Virus record (IMG/VR): IMGVR_UViG_3300046171_000227
Coordinates: 11,269-75,268 of that record
Length of the DNA: 64,000 bases
From: a virus
Strand: one strand, 5' to 3'
Each line of letters opens with the position of its first letter. The stretch's first letter is position 1. Below the pieces are notes generated by a model. It was not told where the DNA came from. It made no database searches and worked only from the letters and a program-made list of their open reading frames with translations. This document shows positions 37,087 to 47,988 of this stretch, piece after piece. The position numbers were made by a program, and so were the translations under genes.

Positions 37087-39492
37087 TTATATCTTCCAAA
37101 TAAGATCACAATAATCTTGAATTGATCGATCTGATGAGAAGAATCCAGATCTAGCGATATTTATCAATGACTTACGACTCCATTCTTCACGATTGCCCCA
37201 GGTAGTATCAACTACACTTTGGGCACGATTATAATCCTCAAAGTCGGCACATACGCAGAATGGATCACTATTGAGAATATTATCAATTAGTGGTTTAAAT
37301 ACTTCTCTATCCCCGCCACTAAAGTGTCCAGATTTTACAAGTTGAATCGCTTCAAATAATTTGGGACTCATGAAATGTTTTGGATTGTATCCATTACTCC
37401 ATAGTTCACCAATCTGCTCCTCAGTATTACCGAAGAGGAAAAAGTTCTCTTCACCTACCAAATCACGAATCTCAACGTTTGCACCATCAAGTGTACCAAT
37501 AGTCAAAGCACCATTCATCTGGAACTTCATATTACCAGTGCCAGATGCTTCTTTACCTGCTGTAGAAATCTGTTCCGACAAATCCGCAGCAGGATATACC
37601 TTCTCTCCAAGTTTAACACTATAGTTTGGAAGGAAAATAACTTTCAGTTTCCCATCCATATCAGGATCACTATTGATAGTTTCAGCAATAGAGCAGATAA
37701 ATCTGATAATAAGTTTTGCCATCCAGTAACCTGGAGCAGCTTTACCGCCAAATATTACTGTGCGAGGTACAACGTAATCGTCTTTGTGATTTTTGATATA
37801 CACATACCTAGAAACCACCCATAAAGCAAGGAGATGCTGGCGTTTATATTCATGAATCCTCTTTACTTGAACGTCAAACATACTTGACGGATCAACAGAA
37901 ACACCAAGAGTCTTCTGTATATATCGAGACAGTTTATGTTTTCCTAAAGTTTTGGTGTTTGCAATCTGTTCGAGTAAGTTAGAATCATCAAGTCCATCTT
38001 CAAGTACTTGAAGTTTACTCATATCAGATATCCAATCAGAACCAATGTAATCAGTAATAACTTGACTTAATGCAGTGTTAGAACTTGCCAACCACCTTCT
38101 GGGGGTTACACCATTGGTAACATTAGTAAACTTATGAGGCCAAAGTTCATAGAACTCTGGCATTAGATTTTTAGTGATAAGATCTGAGTGAAGCGCAGCG
38201 ACACCATTTACATGATGAGATCCAACCGTTGCAAGGTTTGCCATACGAATAGATCTGTTTCCATCCTCATCAATGATAGAAAGTTTCCTGAGGATTTTGT
38301 CATCACCAGGATACTTCATCCTAACAACCTGTAAGAACCTATGGTTGATATCATAGATGATCTCAAGGTGTCTAGGAAGTAAATCCCCAAACATCTCCAG
38401 ATCCCACTTCTCAAGTGCTTCTGGAAGGAGAGTATGATTAGTGTATGCGATTGACTTGGTTGTAATATCCCATGCAAGATCCCAGTCAAGTCTATTATCA
38501 TCAACGAGAAGTCTCATCAACTCAGCAACAGCTACTGCTGGATGAGTGTCATTTAATTGAACTTGATAGTGTTTATGAAAATCTTCTAAAGAAATATTAT
38601 TTTCTTTAAGTGTTCTAATCATATCCTGAAGTGAGGCACTAACAAAGAAAAACTGTTGCTTTAATCTCAGTCTCTTTCCTTGACAGGTTCCATCATTTGG
38701 ATAAAGAACTTTAGAAATAGTCTCAGTAAAGACACACTTCTCTACCGAACCCAGGTAGTCTCCTTGGTTAAATGCATCGAAATCAAATACATCGCAAGCA
38801 TCCGCTCTCCAGAGTCTTAATTTGTTGCACCCCTCAACATTATATCCAACCTGAAGAACATCATAAGGAACCGCAAAGACGTACTCCTCAGGCACCCAGC
38901 GTACTCTCTTAATATTATCCCCATTGTTTGAGGTATAGTGTTCAACTTTACCACCAAAACCAACCTTTACGGATTGATCTGGATAACTAACTTCCCAAGG
39001 CCAATCACCGTGCAACCAGTTATCAGTAACTTCTACCTGTTGATTGTTGTGTATACTCTGCTTGAAAATACCAAACTTGTATCTAATACCATATCCCGTT
39101 GCAGGAACCTTCAGAGTGGAAAGAGACTCCATATAACAAGCAGCGAGTCTACCCAATCCACCATTACCCAATCCAGGTTCTTCTGCTTGTTCTAAAATCT
39201 CATCAAGAGAATATCCATACTCTTTTACAGACTCTGCCGCAACCTCTTTCAATCCAAGATTGAGTAAATTATTTGCTAGTTGTGGCCCTATCAAAAACTC
39301 TGCTGATAGATATGCGACTGTTTTATTTGGTTTAGGATTATTATGATAAGATGTCATCATCCTATCCCTAATGGCATAACACAATGCCATATACACATCA
39401 TGAACCGTTTCGGTTTTTGGTTTCTTACCTAAGGTGAATGTAAGATGATCACCAATTGCCGAACTAATATCAACAGTACTAATTTTATGCAT
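37087..39492 (-). CDS. glgP: Glycogen/starch phosphorylase (GT35)
   Basis: GLGNGGLGRLAAC, QLNDTHP, YTNHTLLPEALE, QVKRIHEYKRQ, EASGTGNMK PLP site, GTLDGANVE; intact 801 aa. Confidence 0.97.
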   Translation of the reverse strand: MHKISTVDISSAIGDHLTFTLGKKPKTETVHDVYMALCYAIRDRMMTSYHNNPKPNKTVAYLSAEFLIGPQLANNLLNLGLKEVAAESVKEYGYSLDEILEQAEEPGLGNGGLGRLAACYMESLSTLKVPATGYGIRYKFGIFKQSIHNNQQVEVTDNWLHGDWPWEVSYPDQSVKVGFGGKVEHYTSNNGDNIKRVRWVPEEYVFAVPYDVLQVGYNVEGCNKLRLWRADACDVFDFDAFNQGDYLGSVEKCVFTETISKVLYPNDGTCQGKRLRLKQQFFFVSASLQDMIRTLKENNISLEDFHKHYQVQLNDTHPAVAVAELMRLLVDDNRLDWDLAWDITTKSIAYTNHTLLPEALEKWDLEMFGDLLPRHLEIIYDINHRFLQVVRMKYPGDDKILRKLSIIDEDGNRSIRMANLATVGSHHVNGVAALHSDLITKNLMPEFYELWPHKFTNVTNGVTPRRWLASSNTALSQVITDYIGSDWISDMSKLQVLEDGLDDSNLLEQIANTKTLGKHKLSRYIQKTLGVSVDPSSMFDVQVKRIHEYKRQHLLALWVVSRYVYIKNHKDDYVVPRTVIFGGKAAPGYWMAKLIIRFICSIAETINSDPDMDGKLKVIFLPNYSVKLGEKVYPAADLSEQISTAGKEASGTGNMKFQMNGALTIGTLDGANVEIRDLVGEENFFLFGNTEEQIGELWSNGYNPKHFMSPKLFEAIQLVKSGHFSGGDREVFKPLIDNILNSDPFCVCADFEDYNRAQSVVDTTWGNREEWSRKSLINIARSGFFSSDRSIQDYCDLIWKI

Positions 39493-39513
39493 AATATTAT
39501 GCGATGTGTTTAC

Positions 39514-39560
39514 TATTTAAGCACAAAAAAAGAGTCCGTCAACTAAGTTGAGGACTCTGT
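39514..39560 (-). terminator. nrdB terminator followed by a TAAATA late-promoter core for glgP
   Basis: AGAGTCC-tcaacttagttgac-GGACTCT-T tract; TTAAATA at 39514-39520. Confidence 0.7.
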
Positions 39561-39574
39561 TTTGTTTTCCTAAC

Positions 39575-40765
39575 TCAAAGTTGGAATCCAGAAAAAGTAT
39601 CTTTCTTGACATCCTGCTTGATACCGCCTACAACATAAGACTCTACTTCTGTCTCTTGAGGAGCAACCTGAAGTCCTTTAGAAGAGATCCAATGTTGAGT
39701 CCATGGCAGAGGATTGTTCTTGGCAGCAATATCATACTGAGGAGTCAGTCCTATTGCCTTCAGACGACGATTAGCAATCCACTCAACATACTGCTGAAGA
39801 AGTTTGTCATTCAGTCCGATCATTGAACCATCTTTGAACAAATAGTCTGCCCAACGCTTCTCTTCGTTAACAGCACGATCAAACATCTTATAAGTCCACT
39901 CTTCTTCTTCCTTCATGATTTGCTTCATTTCAGGATCATCACCTTGTTTCCACTTATTAAGAATGTTTTGTGTGATTGCAAGATGCTGGTTCTCATCTCT
40001 GGCGATAAGCGAGATGATCTTAGCGGATCCTTCCATAAGTTTAAGTTCGCCAAATGCAAAGCTGCAAGCGAAACTAACATAGAATCGAATACCCTCTAGG
40101 ATGTTGACGTTTGCAACTGCTCTATAAAGTTTACGCTTGATGTCATTAATCTCCCATTGTGCTGTGGGAGAATCTCTGAACTCTTTACTCCACATATTAC
40201 CAGTGCCCCAAGTTTGAGCACTATTAATAAAATCATCATATGCTTCTGTAACGCTGCTAGCACGCTCTAGAATACGCTGATCAGTAACGATCTTATCGAA
40301 TACCTCTGAAGGATCCGAATAAACGTTCTTGATGATGTAAGTGTAAGAACGACTATGGATCATCTCCATGAATCCCCAGACTTCCATACATGCTTCCAAT
40401 TCAGGAAGAGAGCAGTAAGGAATGAATGCCATTCCAGGGCCTCTACCTTGAATAGAATCTAACATAATCTGATACTTCAGGTTAGAAGTATAGATATGTT
40501 TTTGTTCTGGACGAAGAGTTTGATAATCTCCACGATCTTTTTGCAGAGATACTTCTTCGGGACGCCAAAAGTATCCAAGTTGTTGAGTAGTCAGTTTATC
40601 GAAAACTGGATACTTATAAGAGTCATACCTCTGGACTCCCAGGGGTTTTCCAAAAAACATGGGTTGCTTTTTGGTATCTACTTGTTCTGTATTGAAAACA
40701 GTCATCCCTTTGACTTCTGTTTTCTTATCTTCTATTGATGAAACCTTAAACTGCACAGGATTCAC
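39575..40765 (-). CDS. nrdB: Ribonucleotide reductase class I beta subunit
   Basis: FWRPEEV, EMIHSRSY, LEGIRFY, RDENQH. Confidence 0.97.
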   Translation of the reverse strand: MNPVQFKVSSIEDKKTEVKGMTVFNTEQVDTKKQPMFFGKPLGVQRYDSYKYPVFDKLTTQQLGYFWRPEEVSLQKDRGDYQTLRPEQKHIYTSNLKYQIMLDSIQGRGPGMAFIPYCSLPELEACMEVWGFMEMIHSRSYTYIIKNVYSDPSEVFDKIVTDQRILERASSVTEAYDDFINSAQTWGTGNMWSKEFRDSPTAQWEINDIKRKLYRAVANVNILEGIRFYVSFACSFAFGELKLMEGSAKIISLIARDENQHLAITQNILNKWKQGDDPEMKQIMKEEEEWTYKMFDRAVNEEKRWADYLFKDGSMIGLNDKLLQQYVEWIANRRLKAIGLTPQYDIAAKNNPLPWTQHWISSKGLQVAPQETEVESYVVGGIKQDVKKDTFSGFQL

Positions 40766-43043
40766 ACTCTCCCTCCTCGGCTTGTTCTAATTCTTCTAAC
40801 AGGTTATTCAGTTTTTCTTTGTCTTCCTCTACTTCATCAGACTTTAGATCATTTGTGTTCTGGTAATAAGAGGTTTTCCAACCGTACTTATATGTAGTTA
40901 AAAAGTCTTGTGCCATGATGGACACTGGGACTTCATTATCATCATAATGCTCCGGATTGTAACTCCAGTTACCAGAAATTGCCTGATCAAAGAACTTTTG
41001 CATTACTGCGACAACATTAATATAACCTTTGTTGTTAGGCATGTCCCACAAGAGAGTATAATTATTCTTCAAAGAATTGTATTGAGGAACAATCTGCTTA
41101 AGAGGCCCTTTCTTTGATTTTTTAACGGACAAGTAGTCGCGAGGTGGTTCGATTCCATTGGTGGCATTTGACACAACGGAACTGCTCTCCGATGGCATCT
41201 GTGCGGACAACGTACTGTGCCGTAATCCAAATTCGTTGATAGATGCCCTAAGAGATTCCCAATCATGCTGGAGTTGTTGAGAAGAAATTTCGTCTACGTC
41301 CTTCTTGTATGTATCAATAGGAAGAATTCCATCGGCGTACTTAGTGCGTCCAAAGTATTCGCAGTGTCCCTTTTCCTTAGCAATTTGATTAGAAGACTTC
41401 AGAAGGTAATACTGGAAGGACTCAGAGAGTCCATGAACAGCATCCCATGCCTCTTGATCACCATACTTATATCCAAGTTTTGCCAGATAATGTGCTAAAC
41501 CGATGAAACCAATGCCAAGCGATCTACGTGCCCTTGTAGCGATTTCTGCTGCCCTTACAGGATACTTCTGATAGTCAATGAGTTCTTCTAGTCCGCGTAC
41601 AGAAAGATCACAAAGGTTTTCAAGTTCTTCATCAGACTTGACTTTACCAACATTGATAGCGGAAAGAATACAAAGTGCAATCTCACCATACTCATCATCA
41701 ATATGATTCAGAGGATATGTCGGAAGAGTAATCTCTTGACACAAGTTGGACATCTCAACCTTGTCTTTGAAGGATGAGTGAGAGTTACAATGATCGATGT
41801 TCATAATATAAACACGTCCAGTCTCTGCACGCTCTTTCAGCAGATCAAGAATCAGTTTCTGAGCACCGATAGTCTTTCTTGGAATAGACTGATCTGATTC
41901 ATAGTCCACATAGCGAGCGTCAAATGAATCAGTACCAAAAGCATCATACAAACCTGGTACGTCATGCGGTGAGAATAAGCTAATTTCTCCATCCTGGATG
42001 AAACGCTCATAGAAAAGTTTTGAAATCTGGATCGAGTAGTCAAGTTTCCTTACGCGATTGTCCTCTGTACCCTTGTTGTTCTTAAGGACAATTATGTCTT
42101 CGATTTCTTGGTGCCAGATTGGGAAGTGGACAGTCGCTGAGCCACCTCGTATTCCATTCTGTGTACAACACCGGACAGTCGATTCAAACTTTTTAAGGAA
42201 TGGTACAACACCTGTGTGTTGAACTTCTCCGCCTCGGATCTTACTGTTGATGCCACGGATTCGGCCTGCGTTGATACCGATGCCCGCCCTTTGTGCAACA
42301 TATCTGCCGATAGCCATATCAGAAGTAAAGATGCTATCGAGGGTGTCATCAACATCAACAAGAACACAGCTAGCAAATTGTCGAAGTGGAGTTCGCACTC
42401 CTGCCATGATAGGTGTGGGAATGTTGATTTTGTGTTTGCTGATTGCGTCGTAGTATCGTTTGACATAAGTCATCCTGGTTTCTTTGGGATACTCTGCAAA
42501 AATAGTCAGAGCAATCATGATATACATGAACTGAGGAGTCTCGTACACTCCACCAGTGCTGCGATCTTGAACCAGATACTTATCTGCTACTTGACGCAAC
42601 CCAGCATAAGTGAAGAGAAAGTCACGATGATGATCGATGTAGGAATTTGCTTTCGCAATCTCCTCCTTAGAGTATTTAAGGAAAATTTCTTTGTCATACA
42701 CCTCAATATTTGTGCAACTCATGATATGAGTTTCCAAATCAGGAAGTTCACGCATCTTTCCATATAATTGCTTCCTGAGTGAGAATAGAAGCAGTCTAGC
42801 AGCGACGAATTGATAGTTAGGATGTTCTAGATCAATCAGATCGCTTGCCGCCTTAATCAGAATTTCTTGAATCTCTGCTGTTGTGATGCCATCATAAAAC
42901 TGAATACCAGACTTCATCTCAACTTGACTAGCGGAAACACCTGCAAGTCCTGTGGTTGCTTCATCAACCATCAGATGCATTTTATCTAAATCAAGAGACT
43001 CGATTCTACCGTCTCGCTTTTTAACCTTGATACCGTTACTCAT
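40746..43043 (-). CDS. nrdA: Ribonucleotide reductase class I alpha subunit
   Basis: ATP cone, QFASC, SNLCQEI, KTSYY, C-terminal CESC. Confidence 0.98.
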   Translation of the reverse strand: MSNGIKVKKRDGRIESLDLDKMHLMVDEATTGLAGVSASQVEMKSGIQFYDGITTAEIQEILIKAASDLIDLEHPNYQFVAARLLLFSLRKQLYGKMRELPDLETHIMSCTNIEVYDKEIFLKYSKEEIAKANSYIDHHRDFLFTYAGLRQVADKYLVQDRSTGGVYETPQFMYIMIALTIFAEYPKETRMTYVKRYYDAISKHKINIPTPIMAGVRTPLRQFASCVLVDVDDTLDSIFTSDMAIGRYVAQRAGIGINAGRIRGINSKIRGGEVQHTGVVPFLKKFESTVRCCTQNGIRGGSATVHFPIWHQEIEDIIVLKNNKGTEDNRVRKLDYSIQISKLFYERFIQDGEISLFSPHDVPGLYDAFGTDSFDARYVDYESDQSIPRKTIGAQKLILDLLKERAETGRVYIMNIDHCNSHSSFKDKVEMSNLCQEITLPTYPLNHIDDEYGEIALCILSAINVGKVKSDEELENLCDLSVRGLEELIDYQKYPVRAAEIATRARRSLGIGFIGLAHYLAKLGYKYGDQEAWDAVHGLSESFQYYLLKSSNQIAKEKGHCEYFGRTKYADGILPIDTYKKDVDEISSQQLQHDWESLRASINEFGLRHSTLSAQMPSESSSVVSNATNGIEPPRDYLSVKKSKKGPLKQIVPQYNSLKNNYTLLWDMPNNKGYINVVAVMQKFFDQAISGNWSYNPEHYDDNEVPVSIMAQDFLTTYKYGWKTSYYQNTNDLKSDEVEEDKEKLNNLLEELEQAEEGECESCAV

Positions 43044-44008
43044 ACTTTCTTCCAGGTGTTAAATTTAAGTTTTGCTTCCAAACCACTGTATGTGTTACAT
43101 TCTACAATCTTCTGAACATCATGTCCAGCGATCACCATATCATTAATGTCCTTTTCATCTATAGATGATGGAAAGATAACTACCCTTCCACCGTTGTTGA
43201 TTGTACGCTCGATTCTGGATACAATCTCTCTGTTGCGTGGTTCGTTATCATAGATCCAAACAGGATTGCCAATCCCCCAACGATCAACATCAGCATCAGC
43301 TCCGCACATAGCAATCGCGTTGCGAATGAACGTTGAATCAAAGGGGCCTTCAGTGACGTAAACTGACTCAGATTTTTCAACATCATCAAGTCCATAAATT
43401 TTTGGCGCATTGTCATCAAACATCACGGTGATATATTTAACAGGGTTAGGATCTATAGATCTACCCTGCAATCCGATCAGATTTTTCTCATAGTAGATCG
43501 GAATGATTATTCTCTCTTCATCATAGCGGGTATCATCAAAGGTTGGTTTGATCGTGTTAACAAACTTCTTGAACTTCTTTGCATAATAAAACTTTGATGG
43601 ATCTAATTTCCTTGCAGTCAGATATCCATCAGATCGAGGATTCTCAAAAGCTTTAGGAATACTCAAACTCTTCTTGAACTTAGGTGCTTCAAACTTAAAG
43701 TCTGGTTCTTCAACAACAAAGTTTCTACCAGTATGTCCTTCTTTGAATTTCTCTAATGAGTATTGCTTATGAGTCGGAGCATCCACATGCTTCAGAAAGT
43801 TACTGAAGGACATTGAAGCACCACAGTTATGACACTTAAAGTTTGTATTAGTCTTTACAGAGTAAATATAACCCCGTGTTTTATTCTTGTTTTTCTTCGA
43901 GTCGCCACAAATGGGACAACGAAAGTTGTAGAGATTTGATTTAACTCTCTTAAATTTTCCTAAGCGTGGTGAAATAATCCCAATGTACTTAGAATCAATG
44001 TGATCCAT
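43040..44008 (-). CDS. gp61: DNA primase (T4 gp61)
   Basis: CPICGDS..CHNC Zn finger; EGPFDS and DNEPRN Toprim motifs. Confidence 0.95.
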   Translation of the reverse strand: MDHIDSKYIGIISPRLGKFKRVKSNLYNFRCPICGDSKKNKNKTRGYIYSVKTNTNFKCHNCGASMSFSNFLKHVDAPTHKQYSLEKFKEGHTGRNFVVEEPDFKFEAPKFKKSLSIPKAFENPRSDGYLTARKLDPSKFYYAKKFKKFVNTIKPTFDDTRYDEERIIIPIYYEKNLIGLQGRSIDPNPVKYITVMFDDNAPKIYGLDDVEKSESVYVTEGPFDSTFIRNAIAMCGADADVDRWGIGNPVWIYDNEPRNREIVSRIERTINNGGRVVIFPSSIDEKDINDMVIAGHDVQKIVECNTYSGLEAKLKFNTWKKV

Positions 44009-44396
44009 TCACGAAAGCGACTACTGGTGCTACTATAGCACTTTCAGTAGAGGATATCAAGGGTTTAACAAGTTTTAATGCTTGGGGATTGGTGGCTGTG
44101 ATTATTAATCCCAATACTCCGATACCAACCCAGAGTTTTCTTTCCAATAAGGATAATCTTTGACTAACATTGTCATGATCGCTGTCCATTTTATCACGGA
44201 GTTTGTCAATTTTATCAAAGAGTACTGAGTCAATTTGTTCTTGTTTTGATATTCTTTCTTCATGGACGGCAAGCATCCTAGACACATTATTATTTACCTC
44301 TGCAATTTTTTCAATAGCAGAATCCAACTTCGTGACAACTGCCTCAAAGTTTTGAAGTTTTTCTTCTAGAACTGCAACCTTAATTTGCTCAGCCAT
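43995..44396 (-). CDS. Coiled-coil protein with a TM segment
   Basis: Heptad pattern followed by LWVGIGVLGLII. Confidence 0.7.
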   Translation of the reverse strand: MAEQIKVAVLEEKLQNFEAVVTKLDSAIEKIAEVNNNVSRMLAVHEERISKQEQIDSVLFDKIDKLRDKMDSDHDNVSQRLSLLERKLWVGIGVLGLIITATNPQALKLVKPLISSTESAIVAPVVAFVNGSH

Positions 44397-44601
44397 TTTG
44401 ACGCCAAGTTCTGCGAGTGCCGTATCTACCTACAGGTGTTGGTTTTCTTTTTTTCTTCTTAGTAAAGACTGGAGGATCTTCTCCAGGTGCTGCACCAGCG
44501 ATCTTGCCATCACCAACATTATTAGTAGGAGCACCAACAGCTCCCGCACCCATCATTTCTCTAAAGAGATGTAAAAAATTTTCTACTGATTTACTGCTCA
44601 T
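44389..44601 (-). CDS. Hypothetical protein
   Basis: PTNNVGDGKIAG, basic tail. Confidence 0.65.
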   Translation of the reverse strand: MSSKSVENFLHLFREMMGAGAVGAPTNNVGDGKIAGAAPGEDPPVFTKKKKRKPTPVGRYGTRRTWRQNG

Positions 44602-44977
44602 TGTGAAAAGAAATAAGTTCTCTTAGACAATTATCATCCATTTCCAAATCATGAATATAAGTATGAGGAAACTCTGGTAACTTACCTAAAAACACTACAA
44701 ATGTTTTTAAACAACTTCTAAGATCCTGCTCATCTATTTTGTAAAATAACATCGGTGTTGTTGCTTCACCAAATATATTATATAAAACAATGAAATGATT
44801 AAGAAGAAGATGTACTTTCAATTCACCAGTTGACTTATACCTTTTAAGTAACCGCTTGATATATTTAAAATGATTTAGATCCTTATCAAAGTCTTCTCTA
44901 GTTACTGCCTGAGGATTTTCATAATTCTTAATGGCAAAGAGGAGAAAGTTCTCCGAATTCAATTCATGAAATAACAT
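44591..44977 (-). CDS. T4-like conserved hypothetical protein
   Basis: FKYIKRL..LLLNHFIVLYNIFG. Confidence 0.75.
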   Translation of the reverse strand: MLFHELNSENFLLFAIKNYENPQAVTREDFDKDLNHFKYIKRLLKRYKSTGELKVHLLLNHFIVLYNIFGEATTPMLFYKIDEQDLRSCLKTFVVFLGKLPEFPHTYIHDLEMDDNCLRELISFHNEQ

Positions 44978-44983
44978 CCCTTA

Positions 44984-45514
44984 TCAGTTCGCATTAACAA
45001 TATTAGGATAACTAGGAGCATTACCAGTAGAAATACCGGACATAGCACAAAGAATCTCTTTCTTGACTCTCAGATTACCAGCATTATCTGTATAAGTGGT
45101 AACACCAACCCAGCCTACACCAGTCTCATAAACGGTTCCTGATGCATCTGCAGAACCTGCTGCAGCGACTCCATAGTTGATAGAGGAATATGCAGTGTTT
45201 CTCTCACTGTAGTGTCCGTCAACAGCAAACTTAGGAAGTTGAGAAGCAGTGTAAGAAGTGGCAGCAATGGCAGCACCACTAAGTCCTGCAGTTGATGCGA
45301 TTGTTAGTTGAGATGTACTAGCAATACTTACAACAACAGCATCACCGAAATATGTGCCGGGTTTCTCAAGTGATCCAAAACGAATCACATCACCTTCTTG
45401 AATTTTGCCACTTTCACCAAATCCAGAATTACTACCCGTCACAACTCTGGTAGAGTAATTCAGGGAGACAGTTCCATGTGCAGTAATATTATCGTTATTG
45501 CCCCAGAGTGCCAT
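44984..45514 (-). CDS. Probable virion structural protein
   Basis: MALWG start, GWVGV..RVKKE.L; TATAAATA at 45547-45554. Confidence 0.75.
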   Translation of the reverse strand: MALWGNNDNITAHGTVSLNYSTRVVTGSNSGFGESGKIQEGDVIRFGSLEKPGTYFGDAVVVSIASTSQLTIASTAGLSGAAIAATSYTASQLPKFAVDGHYSERNTAYSSINYGVAAAGSADASGTVYETGVGWVGVTTYTDNAGNLRVKKEILCAMSGISTGNAPSYPNIVNAN

Positions 45515-45557
45515 GTCTTACGTCCGATAGTTTAATTGCTATAAGATATTTATAAAT

Positions 45558-45770
45558 TCACTCTTCTCTCGTTTTGATTGATTTGGTGACAACTTCAAGA
45601 AGTTTATCATCCATATCAGTCTTGGTTAACTTAACCGCTTTAGCAAGGATAACAAGACAGATCTCAACCAACTTCTCACCGAGTTCTTCATTTTCCGGAA
45701 TCTTTGCGACTGCATCTGAAATAATTTTTGATGCTAATGGGAGTAAAAATGCAAACATGATGAACCTCAA
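45558..45770 (-). CDS. Hypothetical protein
   Basis: ORF track. Confidence 0.65.
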   Translation of the reverse strand: MRFIMFAFLLPLASKIISDAVAKIPENEELGEKLVEICLVILAKAVKLTKTDMDDKLLEVVTKSIKTREE

Positions 45771-45786
45771 TACTACATTCTATATA

Positions 45787-46575
45787 TCAATTATCGGGTG
45801 TGAAAGATCCTTTATTGAATGTTCCCATCTTGCCTTTATGATATCCACGCATTCCTGTTGATTTAGATCTTACTTTCTCTACATCCTGTACAAATTTACC
45901 AAACTTTTTACGCTTATCATCTTTGGCAAATTTCTTTTTCTCAGCATCATATCTCTTAATTTTTTCTGCCCTTCCAGAATCAGAACCACTATAGATTTCG
46001 TTTACCTTTTTCTTTTTTCCTTGACAATGTGCTTTTTGAGAGAATCCTTTGGGGTTATTGCAATTGATTGATTTCTTATACTTATCACTCCATCCTTCAT
46101 TCATTTTTTTAGTTTTCTTTTTCATCGCATTGATATACTTTCTGTAGACTGCTGCCTCAGAAGTCTTACCCATCTCTCTTGCTCTTTGCTCCATAGCAAC
46201 TGCTGCTTGAATTTTGTGAGCATGAGATCTTGATGACTTACGAATCTTAGAAACAGATGCTTTTGCAGTTGCAACATCCTTGAACCCTAAACCATGAATA
46301 GTTCCTTTGGGATTCTCATCAGTGTAAAGATCAGAGTGCTTCTTAGAATTAGCAGGTTGTCCTTTCTTTCTAGGAATACGAGGATTAGATTCCTCTTTAG
46401 CAACTACCTTCTCAGGAAGTTTCTTATGCTTTGTTGATGCAAAATCTTTTACATCTTTTTTCTTCATCTCAGCAGCTGCCTTTGCAGTCTCAGGAGTAGT
46501 AGGTGCCATCTCACCTTTCTGGATGGCACGAACTATTCCAAAGAAACGCTGCTGCTTTTTAGATACTGCAGGCAT
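45787..46575 (-). CDS. Lys-rich modular protein, putative head-internal protein
   Basis: MPAVSKKQQRFFG module and further basic modules separated by xxE junctions. Confidence 0.7.
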   Translation of the reverse strand: MPAVSKKQQRFFGIVRAIQKGEMAPTTPETAKAAAEMKKKDVKDFASTKHKKLPEKVVAKEESNPRIPRKKGQPANSKKHSDLYTDENPKGTIHGLGFKDVATAKASVSKIRKSSRSHAHKIQAAVAMEQRAREMGKTSEAAVYRKYINAMKKKTKKMNEGWSDKYKKSINCNNPKGFSQKAHCQGKKKKVNEIYSGSDSGRAEKIKRYDAEKKKFAKDDKRKKFGKFVQDVEKVRSKSTGMRGYHKGKMGTFNKGSFTPDN

Positions 46576-47978
46576 CAGTCACTACTTCCCATTCTGGGTT
46601 TGCCGACTGCATCAGTCATTTTCTGAGCATCTGTTCTGGTGTCCTTTTTAGGAGCAACTTTTGGAACATTACCCATTGCTTTTTTGTTTGCTGCTTTCTT
46701 CTGCTCAGGACTCATTTTATTATACTTCTGAGAGATCTTCATCTGCTGATCAACAGATAATTCCTTCTCTTGAAGTTCATTTTGTTCTGTGACACCAGTC
46801 TCTTTATCTTGACGACGTTGAGTACCCGTTGCTTTCATTGTGCGAGATTTCAAACTCACACCTTTTTTATTCTCAGCTTTTTTTAGTTGGACGGGGAGAC
46901 TGAGGTTTAGAAGGATCTGCTGCCATACTAAACTTTTCATCAACAATCTCTTCACTCATGCGCTTTGCAACAGCGAGTGCTCCTTGCTTGATTCTATCTT
47001 TGATACTTTTCTTTGCAACTTTAGGAGCATCAGTTACTCTTTTCTTAGCAGTGGAGAGAGCAGACTTAACTTTGTCTTTTGCAGCAGAACCAGCAAATGC
47101 AACATCTGTTGCTGTATTCACCGCTTTCTTTTTCATATTGCTAGCGACTTCACCTGCCTTTCTCTTCATGAATCTAAGGCGTCCTTTCGCCTTCTTCATC
47201 ATCTCTGCTCTTTTGATCTTACCAGCAGCTGCTTTAGATGACTTCACAGCAGAGTCATAGTAACTATCACTTACTTCGTTAAGTTGCTCAGTCAGAGCAA
47301 ACTCAATCGCATCCTCAACATCTTCCTCAGAGTATCCCTCTTCAATCAGTTCGTCATATACACTCTGAACGATTTCATCAAATTCATGATCTTCGATCTC
47401 TTCGATCAAAGTGCCACCAATCTCTTCGATTGCTTCACCAAGTTTAGGGTTAATCTTAACCTTATTGTTTACCTTCTTCTCTTTGATGGGTTTATCTGCT
47501 TCAGTCTCATCCATCACTTCAATAAGTCCCTGCTCTTGAAGATCTGCTCTCCAATCAGAAAATTCTTCTTTTGCAGCGATTGCCTTACCAATCTTCTTAC
47601 GACGGTTCATCAGATACTTATCAGTCTTATCTTTTTTGCCATCATTATTGATATCACCATCTTCTTTTCCTACAGGATCAAGTCCTTCTTTATAATTATC
47701 TCTTGCTTTCTCATCACCCATCTTAGCAAAACGCTCTTTCTCTTTCTGACGGGAGATAGCAGACACAATCTTATTAGACTTATTCAATGCATCTTCTTTC
47801 TTCTTACCTTTAGAAGCAAGTCCTGTGCGAGCAAGGTTGCCTGCACGACGATACATTTTATTTTCTTTGGATCGATCAATCTCTTTGTAACCTTCCTCTG
47901 TTGTTTCTTGGAAGCTACTTTATCCAGATATACCTTTGAAATGTCATTCAAAGGATTCTTACCGATTCCATCAGACAT
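46575..47978 (-). CDS. Large charged modular protein, putative head-internal protein (frameshifts ~47870 and ~46890)
   Basis: Three consecutive ORF fragments; LDPVGKEDGDINNDG motif; CATAAATA upstream. Confidence 0.65.
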
Positions 47979-47988
47979 GGTAATACTA

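Noticed and set aside
39575-43043. Inteins or introns in nrdA/nrdB
   Set aside because: Continuous ORFs of typical size.
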